Part shown: in pieces, positions 29,045-37,001 of the stretch
Position numbering within the stretch: position 1 is the stretch's first letter
Layout of the letters: each line of letters begins with the position of its first letter
Assembly (NCBI GenBank): GCA_031459915.1
Contig: JAVKHO010000009.1
Coordinates: 49,733 to 113,732 of the forward strand
Direction of reading: 5' to 3'
DNA: 64,000 nt
Source of the DNA: Candidatus Tepidifontimicrobium thermophilum
Lineage (GTDB): Bacteria; Sysuimicrobiota; Sysuimicrobiia; Sysuimicrobiales; Sysuimicrobiaceae
The notes under the pieces: model-generated
Database searches by the model: none
The model's input: the letters and a program-made list of their open reading frames with translations, nothing else
Told to the model about the DNA's origin: nothing
Translations under genes and position numbers: made by a program

Positions 29045-29053
29045 TGGTAAACT
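29045..29053 (+). promoter_or_regulatory. Extended -10 promoter upstream of the FmdB-family gene
   Basis: TGGTAAACT. Confidence 0.55.
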
Positions 29054-29142
29054 CCCTGTAGGCGCTGTCCGCAGATCTTTCCGACCGCGTGACAGCCACA
29101 GAGGCGTCCGGGAGGACGTGCGGGTTAGAGGAGGGAGCACGC

Positions 29143-29409
29143 GTGCCGATCTACGAGTACCTGTGTACCCGTTGCGACCACAGGTTCGAGCGGCTCCAGC
29201 CGGTGGGAAGCCCCCCGGAGCCGTGCCCGCGGTGCGGAGGTGCCACCCGCAGACTCCTGGGAACCGTGGGGCTGGTGTTCAGGGGGTCTGGGTTTTACAC
29301 CACCGACTACCGGCGGCCCAAGGACGGCGCGTCGAAGACGGAGGAAGGAAAGAAGCCTGACGGCGGGCGCAAAACGGACGCCGAGGACGCCAAGTCAAGC
29401 ACCTCGTAG
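29143..29409 (+). CDS. FmdB-family zinc-ribbon protein
   Basis: PIYEYLC..C...CP.CG...FRGSGFYTTDY; SD GAGGAGGG. Confidence 0.92.
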   Translation: MPIYEYLCTRCDHRFERLQPVGSPPEPCPRCGGATRRLLGTVGLVFRGSGFYTTDYRRPKDGASKTEEGKKPDGGRKTDAEDAKSSTS

Positions 29410-29481
29410 GGCGTTTCCGACAGCCGCCGGCGCGGATCGGGCGGCAGGGCTACCGGAACAACTCGGAGGCACGCTGAACGG

Positions 29482-31173
29482 GTGAGCCCGACATCCGGCA
29501 CCGTCCCTACGGCGGCGGCACGGAGCCCCGCCCGGACGGTGCGGTGCGGGCTCGTGGCCCCTTTAGCGGTCATCCTGTCTTTCCTGCAAGCCTGGCCCGC
29601 GGCAGGTGAGCCCTCGTCCGTCCGCGCGGCCCTGGGCTGGGATGGGTGGGTCCGCTTCGGCACGTGGAACCCGCTCACCGTGGAAGCGGGGGTAGACCGG
29701 CCCGTGCGCGGGTGGCTGGTGGTAGACATCCCGCAGGAGTTCGGAGCGCAGCGGGTCCGGCTGCGCTACTCCGTGGACCTGCCCGAGGGGGGTCGGGCCA
29801 TCTGGCGGGTCCCGGTCCTCGTGGTGGACGCCCGCCGGCCGGTGCGGGTAGCCGTGGTGGCGGAGGACGGGGCGGAGGTGGCTTCCGCGGAAGTCCTGCC
29901 GCAGGCTGAAAGCGCGGTGGCCAGCGTGGTCGGCTACCTGGGCCAGAACCCTCCCTCCCCTCCGCCTGAGGCCTCCTCCGGCGGACGCCGGGTGGTGGCA
30001 CGCCTGCGGGAGGAGGTGCTTCCGGAAACCGCGGCCGCGTACGCCTCCTTGGACCTGCTGGTGGTGGAGGACCTGGACGAACGCAGGCTGAATGACGCGC
30101 AGCGGCATGCCCTGCAGGCTTGGGTGCTCCACGGCGGGCGGGTGGTGACATCCGGCTGGCTGGCTGCCGGTGCGCCCCTGTCCGGGTGGCTGTCCGCGGC
30201 GCAGCACACCGGACGCGTGGTGGAACTCTCCGGCCTGGGATCCGTGGCCGCAGGCCCCTTGCGGGAGCTGCACCCCTTGCCGGGCGGTCGGCCCGTGGTG
30301 GAACGGTCCTATGTGGTGGCGGTGTGGGCACCCAGGGGACTGGGCCGGGTCTATGCGTGGGCCGCGGACCCGCAGCAGGTCCCCGCCGGCTCGCCCCTCT
30401 GGTACCTCGCCCTGCCCCCGACCACTTCCCGGGAGGGGCCTCCCGAGCCGGACGTCCGGCCACGGGCGCCAGTTGGCCCTGCTGCGGTGGGGCTGGGTGC
30501 CTTCGCAGTACTCTGGCTTGTTTCCCTGGCGGTGGCCGCCAGAACTCCCTGGGGCTGGTTGCTGGCGCTGGTGGTGCTGGCGGCCGGCACTGTGGGGATG
30601 CCCACCGTTGCACGGGAGGTGCGGGAGCGCTCCACCACCCTCGACGTCACGTGGGTGGAGGTGCTGGTGGACAGGGCGCGTCGGGCCTACGCGTGGGGCT
30701 ATGCGCAGGCCCCGTACCGCGGCGTCTACACGTACACCCTGCCGCGTGCCGTCGCGGTCGCCGCCTCAGGAGGGTTTTCGGAGGCGGAGGTCAGCTTCCT
30801 GGACGACCGGGTGGTCGTCCGAGCGCGACAAGGGGCGGGAGAACGCCTCCGGCTGTACTGGGAAGTGGAGGGCGCAGCCGGTGCAGTGCCGGCCGTGCAG
30901 CCGCGCGAGGGGAGCGTGGTCTTCCGAGGACCCGGGACGTCCCACGGTGTGGTGTTCTGGGGCCGGAGACAGGCTCCGCTGGAAAAGTCCCAGGAGCCCG
31001 ACGAGTGGGTGGCCTTGCGGTGGGAGCGGGCGGATCCCCAGCACCCCGCCCTGGTGTCGTTGCGGTGGGTGTACCCAGCTGCAGCTACTATAGTGGAAGA
31101 CCGTCCGGTAGTGGTCCTTCCCCTCGCGGACGGTCGTCGGGGGTGGCTGGTGGTGGGGGGGCAGCTTCCGTGA
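29482..31173 (+). CDS. Hypothetical exported membrane protein with Ig-like and GATase1-like domains
   Basis: Signal-like N-terminus; GWDG...G.W.PLTV; LPE.AAAYASLDLLVV...Q..AL.AWV..GGRVV; two central TM helices. Confidence 0.7.
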   Translation: MSPTSGTVPTAAARSPARTVRCGLVAPLAVILSFLQAWPAAGEPSSVRAALGWDGWVRFGTWNPLTVEAGVDRPVRGWLVVDIPQEFGAQRVRLRYSVDLPEGGRAIWRVPVLVVDARRPVRVAVVAEDGAEVASAEVLPQAESAVASVVGYLGQNPPSPPPEASSGGRRVVARLREEVLPETAAAYASLDLLVVEDLDERRLNDAQRHALQAWVLHGGRVVTSGWLAAGAPLSGWLSAAQHTGRVVELSGLGSVAAGPLRELHPLPGGRPVVERSYVVAVWAPRGLGRVYAWAADPQQVPAGSPLWYLALPPTTSREGPPEPDVRPRAPVGPAAVGLGAFAVLWLVSLAVAARTPWGWLLALVVLAAGTVGMPTVAREVRERSTTLDVTWVEVLVDRARRAYAWGYAQAPYRGVYTYTLPRAVAVAASGGFSEAEVSFLDDRVVVRARQGAGERLRLYWEVEGAAGAVPAVQPREGSVVFRGPGTSHGVVFWGRRQAPLEKSQEPDEWVALRWERADPQHPALVSLRWVYPAAATIVEDRPVVVLPLADGRRGWLVVGGQLP

Positions 31174-31868
31174 ACAGCCTGGCCATCGTCCGTGGAGACC
31201 TGCGCGCGCGGCTGGGGACCCGCAAGGGGATGGCTGTCCAGGCCGCCTTCCTGGCCGCCGTGTGGCTGTTGGGGTTGCTCGGCACGGGGCCCGAGCGCGG
31301 GGGGGACTCCCCCATGTGGGTGGCGTCGGTGGGCCTGCTGGTGGTGGTGGTCTATGTGGTCACCGCCGCCGCGGGCGGGGAGATCGCGTTCCCCGGAGAG
31401 AAAGCGGTACTGGACCTTGTGGCTTCCCCCTTTTCCGCCGCAGAGATAGCGTGGGGCAAGGCGCTGAGCAACGCCGCCTTCGCCACGGTGTGCACCCTAG
31501 GTGCCTGGCCCGTCCTGCTGTTCCTGCAGGCGCTGCGGACAGGCCCTTGGCAGGAGAGCTTGGCACAGGCAGCGGTCCTGCTGGCGGTCAGCTGGGGCTT
31601 TGGCGGGTTCGCCACCTGGCTTGGGGTGACCGTGGAGTCGGAAGTCTCCCGGTCGGTGCTCCTGTGGGGCGGGATCGTGGCCTTCCTGGCCGGTGCAGGA
31701 CTGGCGGGGTCGTGGCCGTGGCACCCGGCCAACGCGGTGCGGCCTCTGGCGCCGGGCTGGGCCCGGATGACCTGCGCTGCTTCGTTTGTGGGCTTGGGCG
31801 TCCTGACCCTGTGGGCGGTGGGCCGTCGGCTCCCACGCCTGCGGGAGGAGGTGCACGGTGGACCCTGA
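31170..31868 (+). CDS. ABC-2 permease-like membrane protein
   Basis: About 6 TM helices; E...LDL.ASP.S..EI.WGK is an ABC-2-type motif. Confidence 0.6.
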   Translation: MNSLAIVRGDLRARLGTRKGMAVQAAFLAAVWLLGLLGTGPERGGDSPMWVASVGLLVVVVYVVTAAAGGEIAFPGEKAVLDLVASPFSAAEIAWGKALSNAAFATVCTLGAWPVLLFLQALRTGPWQESLAQAAVLLAVSWGFGGFATWLGVTVESEVSRSVLLWGGIVAFLAGAGLAGSWPWHPANAVRPLAPGWARMTCAASFVGLGVLTLWAVGRRLPRLREEVHGGP

Positions 31869-33384
31869 CCGCCTGCTGCAGTCGGCCCGCCAGCGGCTTG
31901 CGTGGCGGCGGGCGTTGCAGGCGGGCGAGGCGGCGGCCCTGTGGCTGCTGCTGTCGGCCCTGGGGGCACAGCTGGGCACCTTGGCTTTTCCGTATTCGGT
32001 GCGGTTGGACTGGGCTTTCCTGGCGGTCGCAGCCGGTGCCGGCATCGTCGCGTTGGCCACGCGGCTGCTGGTACGGCCCACCACGACGGAAACGGCGCAC
32101 TGGCTGGATCGGCGCTGCGCCCTGCAGGACCGCATGGCCACGTACGTAGCGGTGAGAGGTGCCGCCCCGTCGCGGCTGCTGGGTCACTTCCTGCGGGACG
32201 TGCAGCGGGCCGCGGCTGAGGTGCGGCTGCGGGAGGCGGTCCCCCTGCGTCCCGCCCGGTGGCGGGCGGTGCTGGGGCTCGCGGCGTGCGTGGTGGCGTG
32301 GGACCTGTTGGTCTCCGGCAGCACGTTGCCGAACACCCCTGCGCGTCGCGTGGCGGAGGTGGTGAGGCAGGAGGGCCGCAGGCTGCAGGACCTGGCGCGG
32401 GAGTGGGAGCGGGAGGCACGCGGGCGCGGCTGGAGGGAGGCGCTGTGGAGCGCCCGGAACGTGCGGCAGGCCGCCGCTAGCCTGGCCTCGCCCCGGGCCA
32501 CCGCGGAGCTGGCCCGGCGGCAGCTTGCGCGGCTCGCGGCGGAGGTCGGAGCTGCGCGCGCGGAGGTCCGGGCCCGGGCGCAGGACCAGGGCGCTCTGCC
32601 CGGCCCGGAGGGACCGCAGCTGCACCCCTGGGCTGCCAGGGCGCTGGAGCGGGAACTCGCGGGGCTAGGCCGGGCGCTGGAGGAGGTGCCGCTATCTGGG
32701 GAGCAGGCCGAGCGTGTGCTCCGGGCCTTAAACAGGCTGGAGAGCACTTCGCCGCTGCGGCCGCAGTCTCCCGCCCAGGCTGCCCTGCGGGAAGCCCGGA
32801 GGAGGCTGCGGGCGCAGGACCGGGCCGGCGCCCGGGAGGCGGTGCGCAGGGCGGAGGAAGCTTTCCGAGAGCTGGCGCGCCTTCTGGAGGAGGAGGGGAT
32901 GCTGGCAAAGCAGCGGCAGGAAGTGGAGGCTTCCAGCCTGAGCATCGCTGGGGCCCTGCAGGGAGCTGCGGATCCGGAGGCAGCTCAGGAACGACCGATC
33001 AGGTACCCCAACATGCCTCGGAACCGGCCGGGAACTGCGGGCGACCGGGACGACAAGGATGGTGAGGAGTGGTCTTGGGAGGGCCCGCAGTACGGCCTGC
33101 AGCCGGGGGCGGGGCGGGTCCCGGAAAAGGTCGGGCCACCCACCCCGCGGCTGCAGGCGCAGCGCCGGCCCGAACACCTCCCCGGGCAGCCGGGCGAGGG
33201 GAAGGTGTACACGGGACACGTGCGGGCGCCCGCGGCAGGCGGCGAGCCGCGCACGCGGATGGCGGGCCTCCCCGCCCGCCTTGTGCGCCAGGTGGACGAG
33301 GTCCTGCGGGCGCAGCGCGTGCCCGCTCCCTACCGGGATTGGGTCCGGCATTACTTCGCGGAGTTGGCGGAGTCGGCCCCGTAG
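31858..33384 (+). CDS. Hypothetical membrane-anchored coiled-coil protein
   Basis: 3 N-terminal TM, A..LDR...L.DR..T motif, long helical region, C-terminal VP..YR..V..YF typical of MoxR-linked proteins. Confidence 0.7.
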   Translation: MDPDRLLQSARQRLAWRRALQAGEAAALWLLLSALGAQLGTLAFPYSVRLDWAFLAVAAGAGIVALATRLLVRPTTTETAHWLDRRCALQDRMATYVAVRGAAPSRLLGHFLRDVQRAAAEVRLREAVPLRPARWRAVLGLAACVVAWDLLVSGSTLPNTPARRVAEVVRQEGRRLQDLAREWEREARGRGWREALWSARNVRQAAASLASPRATAELARRQLARLAAEVGAARAEVRARAQDQGALPGPEGPQLHPWAARALERELAGLGRALEEVPLSGEQAERVLRALNRLESTSPLRPQSPAQAALREARRRLRAQDRAGAREAVRRAEEAFRELARLLEEEGMLAKQRQEVEASSLSIAGALQGAADPEAAQERPIRYPNMPRNRPGTAGDRDDKDGEEWSWEGPQYGLQPGAGRVPEKVGPPTPRLQAQRRPEHLPGQPGEGKVYTGHVRAPAAGGEPRTRMAGLPARLVRQVDEVLRAQRVPAPYRDWVRHYFAELAESAP

Positions 33385-33390
33385 CGGGGG

Positions 33391-34392
33391 TTGGTGCCCT
33401 TGGACGTCCAGGAGTTTCAGTCCCTGTACCAGCGCATCCGCCAGGAGCTGGGCCGCGTGGTGGTGGGCCACGACGAGGTGGTGGAGGGCGTACTCCTGGC
33501 GGTGTTCTGTGGCGGCCACGTGCTGCTGGAAGGAGTACCGGGGGTAGGCAAGACGCTGCTGGTGAAGGCGCTGGCCCGCGTGCTGGAGCTGAAGTTCTCG
33601 CGGATCCAGTTCACCCCCGACCTCATGCCCGCGGACGTGGTGGGGACCAACGTGCTGGTGCAGGACCCGGACGGACGCCGCTCGCTGGCCTTCCAGCCCG
33701 GCCCCGTCTTCTCCCAGATCGTCTTGGCGGATGAGATCAACCGGGCCACGCCCAAGACCCAGTCCGCCCTCCTGGAGGCCATGCAGGAGTACGCGGTGAC
33801 TGTGGCAGGGGTTTCCTACCCCCTCGAGCGGCCCTTCTTTGTGCTGGCGACCCAGAACCCCATCGAGATGGAGGGCACTTACCCGCTCCCGGAGGCCCAG
33901 CTCGACCGTTTCCTGTTCAAGCTGCGGGTGCCGTTCCCCGACACGGAGTCCGTGGTGGAAATCCTGGAACGGACCACGGGCTCCCGGGTCCCCGAAGCCC
34001 AGCCCGTGGCGGACGCCCAGACGGTGCTGCGGATGCAAGCGCTGGTGCGGGAGGTCCTGGCTGCTCCGCACGTGCAGACGTACGTGGCCCGCCTGGTGGA
34101 GGCCACGCATCCTCAGGGCCCGCGGCCTGCGCGGGCCGCACGGCGCTGGGTGCGGTATGGCGCGAGCCCGCGGGGTGCCCAGGCTCTGCTGCTGGCGGCC
34201 AAGGCGAGGGCCCTGGTGCACGGCCGCGCCCACGCCAGTGTGGAGGACGTGAGGGCTGTGGCACTTCCTGCCCTGCGACACCGCCTGCTGCTGAACTTCG
34301 AGGCAGACGCGGAGGGCGTGGAGGCCGACCAGGTGGTTCGGGACGTGGTGGAGGAGGTCCCCGAGGTCGCTGCCGCGTCCGCGGGGCCCTAA
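33391..34392 (+). CDS. moxR: MoxR-family AAA+ ATPase
   Basis: HVLLEGVPGVGKT, RIQFTPDLMPAD, LADEINRA.PKTQSALLEAMQE, ATQNPIE.EGTYPLPEAQLDRF; start may be TTG 33400. Confidence 0.96.
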   Translation: MVPLDVQEFQSLYQRIRQELGRVVVGHDEVVEGVLLAVFCGGHVLLEGVPGVGKTLLVKALARVLELKFSRIQFTPDLMPADVVGTNVLVQDPDGRRSLAFQPGPVFSQIVLADEINRATPKTQSALLEAMQEYAVTVAGVSYPLERPFFVLATQNPIEMEGTYPLPEAQLDRFLFKLRVPFPDTESVVEILERTTGSRVPEAQPVADAQTVLRMQALVREVLAAPHVQTYVARLVEATHPQGPRPARAARRWVRYGASPRGAQALLLAAKARALVHGRAHASVEDVRAVALPALRHRLLLNFEADAEGVEADQVVRDVVEEVPEVAAASAGP

Positions 34393-34399
34393 GGTTTCG

Positions 34400-35263
34400 G
34401 TGCTGCTGGAGCCGGCGTTCCTCGAGAAGCTCGAACGTCTCCGCCTGGTGGCGCGGCGGAGGACACGGGGGACCGTGGGGGAGCGTCGCAGCCGGGCCCT
34501 GGGGCGGGGCCTGGAGTTCTCCGACCACCGCGCCTACCAGGTGGGCGATGACTGGCGGTACGTGGACTGGAACATCTACGCCCGCCTGGACCGGCTGTTC
34601 GTCAAGCTCTTCGAGGAGGAAGAGGACAGGGACGTGCACCTGCTGGTGGACGCCAGCGCGTCCATGCGGTTCGGGCAGCCTTCCAAGCTGGACTACGCCA
34701 AGCGTCTGGCCGCGGCGCTCGGTTATGTAGCGCTGGCCAACGGGGATCGCGTGGGCGCCGCCGCGCTGCACGGGAGCGCCGTGCGGGCTCTCCCGCCACG
34801 CCGCGGCAGGACGCATGCGCACCCCCTGTTCCGCTTCCTGGAGGCCGAGGAGGCCTACGGCCTCACGGAGCTGGAGGAGGCCGCGAAGCGGTTCGCGCCC
34901 CGCCGCCGGGGCCTGGTGGTGGCGGTGGGCGACCTGCTGGACCCCCGGGGGTTCCAGCCTTTTCTGCTCCGGCTGCGCCACGCGGGCCTGGAGGTGTTCG
35001 TGGTCCACCTGCTGGCCGAGGAGGACCTCGCCCCCCCAACTCCCGGGGAGCTGCGGGTGGTAGACGCGGAGACCGGGGAGTCCCTGGAGGTGACCGTGGA
35101 CGCCCGGATGGTGCGCGAGTTTGTCGCCCAGCGGGACGCGTTCCTGGAATCGGTGCGGACGTTCTGCGCCCGTCACGGGATGGCGTACGTGCGGGCCACC
35201 ACGGCGCTGCCGGTGGAGGAGCTGGTGCTCCGGTACCTGCGGCGGGCGGGGCTGGTGACGTAG
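34400..35263 (+). CDS. DUF58 (vWA-like) protein
   Basis: G.GLEFSDHRAYQ.GDD.RYVDWN..ARL, DASASM. Confidence 0.93.
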   Translation: MLLEPAFLEKLERLRLVARRRTRGTVGERRSRALGRGLEFSDHRAYQVGDDWRYVDWNIYARLDRLFVKLFEEEEDRDVHLLVDASASMRFGQPSKLDYAKRLAAALGYVALANGDRVGAAALHGSAVRALPPRRGRTHAHPLFRFLEAEEAYGLTELEEAAKRFAPRRRGLVVAVGDLLDPRGFQPFLLRLRHAGLEVFVVHLLAEEDLAPPTPGELRVVDAETGESLEVTVDARMVREFVAQRDAFLESVRTFCARHGMAYVRATTALPVEELVLRYLRRAGLVT

Positions 35264-35276
35264 TCGAGCGGTCGAG

Positions 35277-37001
35277 ATGTCCTTCTTGAGCCCCGCGGGA
35301 CTGTGGTGGCTGGCCGCCATCCCCCTCGTGGTCCTCCTGTACTGGCTGCGGCCCCGACGGGTGCCGGTGGTGGTACCCAGCCTGGTGCTGTGGCGGCGGA
35401 GCCTGCGCGAGGAGGCGCGCCGGCGCCCCCTGCGCCGGTTCGAGCGAAACGTCCTCCTGCTGGTGCAGGTGCTGGCCGTGGCCGCGGCCGCGCTCAGCCT
35501 CGCGCGGCCGCAGGACTCCACCGCAGGCGCTGGGGACGTGGTGGTGGTGCTGGACGTGGGGCTGAGGATGCAGGCCACCGACGTGCCGCCCAGCCGGTTC
35601 GAGGCCGCCCGCGGGGCTGCACTGAAGCTTTTGGCTGGGCTCCGCGCGGTCCGGGTGGGTGTGGTGGCTGCGGCGCGATCGCCGAGGGTGGTCCAGCCCC
35701 TCACGACGAGCCGGTCCGACGCGGTGGCGGCGGTGCGAGGGTTGCGTCCGACGGACGGGGCCTCGGACCTGGAGGGGGCGGTGGCGGTGGCCAGGTCCTT
35801 GAGCCCGTCCGCCACCGTCTACGTGTTCTCCGACCGGCCGGTGTCGGGTCTGCATTCCTCGGTCTTCGGCGGGGCCCTGGAGGACGTGGCCATCACCGGC
35901 GTGGTGGCAAGCCCCCTCCCGGGCGACCGCATGCGGGTGACGGTCACGGTGCGCAACGGCACCTCGCTGGCGCGGCGCGTTCCGGTGTCGGTGCTGGTGC
36001 AGGGCCGGTCGGCAGCCCACCTTGCGGCGCGCCTTGCCCCGGGGCAGCAGACCAGCGTGGCGGCCACCGTGCCCGCGGGACTGTGGGTCGAGGCCAGGAT
36101 CGCCCCTCAGGACGCACTCGCGGCCACCGACCGGTCCGTAGCACTGGGCACCCAGCTTCCGCGGCCCCGGGTGTTGATGGTGGGCCCGCCCGACCCGTTC
36201 CTGGAGGCTGGCCTGCGGGCTGTGGCGGCAGGGCCGGACCGCCAGGGAACCCCGGACCCGCGCCTGTGGGGAAGGTTTGACGTGGTGGTCCTTCACCGGG
36301 TGCAAGCCCCGCTTCCGCCCGGCAACTTCCTGCTGGTAGCGAGCGTGCCGACGAACCTGCCGGTGCGAGCGGTAGGGAGGGTACGGGAGGATGTGGTGCG
36401 TTTCCAGTCCCGCACCCACCCGCTGCTGCGGTTCGTGGATCTCACGGGAGCCCGGGTGGTCCGCGCCTGGCCCACCCGGCCGCACGGGGGAGAGGTGCTG
36501 GCAGAGGGCGAGGCTCCGCTGCTGTGGGCCTACGAGGCGGGCGGGCTCCGTGCGGTCCTGCTGCCGTTTTCGCCTTCGGACTCCGATCTCGTGTTGCGGC
36601 CGGATTTCCCCATCCTGCTGGCCAACGCGGTGGACTGGCTCGCGGGCCCCACGAGCTCCCAGCTGGAGGCGGGGACTACGGTGTCCGTCCCCGCCGGAGG
36701 GTTACAGGAGGCGGTGCTGCACGGCCCGGAGGGGTCGGTGCGCCTGCGCGCCGCGGCAGGCCGGTTCGTCCTGCCCCCCTTCGACCGGGCGGGCGTGTAC
36801 CTGCTGGAAGCGGGTACCGTCCGTAGGGTGTGGGCCGTGCGCCCCCAGGTGGAGTCCGGCACCGTAGCGTCTACCGCCCCTGCAGCTCCCCGGAAAAGGG
36901 CGCAGGTGGATTGGGGGCGGTGGCTGGTGGGGCTTTTCGTGGCGCTCCTGGTGGCGGAGTGGTGGCTGTTCTCCGCTCAGGCGCGGGTCGGGAGGACCTG
37001 A
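35277..37001 (+). CDS. BatA N-terminal double-TM + vWA domain protein
   Basis: MSFLSP..LW.L..IP...LY.L, LARP, vWA with degenerate MIDAS (DVGLRM), C-terminal TM ending EWW. Confidence 0.88.
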   Translation: MSFLSPAGLWWLAAIPLVVLLYWLRPRRVPVVVPSLVLWRRSLREEARRRPLRRFERNVLLLVQVLAVAAAALSLARPQDSTAGAGDVVVVLDVGLRMQATDVPPSRFEAARGAALKLLAGLRAVRVGVVAAARSPRVVQPLTTSRSDAVAAVRGLRPTDGASDLEGAVAVARSLSPSATVYVFSDRPVSGLHSSVFGGALEDVAITGVVASPLPGDRMRVTVTVRNGTSLARRVPVSVLVQGRSAAHLAARLAPGQQTSVAATVPAGLWVEARIAPQDALAATDRSVALGTQLPRPRVLMVGPPDPFLEAGLRAVAAGPDRQGTPDPRLWGRFDVVVLHRVQAPLPPGNFLLVASVPTNLPVRAVGRVREDVVRFQSRTHPLLRFVDLTGARVVRAWPTRPHGGEVLAEGEAPLLWAYEAGGLRAVLLPFSPSDSDLVLRPDFPILLANAVDWLAGPTSSQLEAGTTVSVPAGGLQEAVLHGPEGSVRLRAAAGRFVLPPFDRAGVYLLEAGTVRRVWAVRPQVESGTVASTAPAAPRKRAQVDWGRWLVGLFVALLVAEWWLFSAQARVGRT

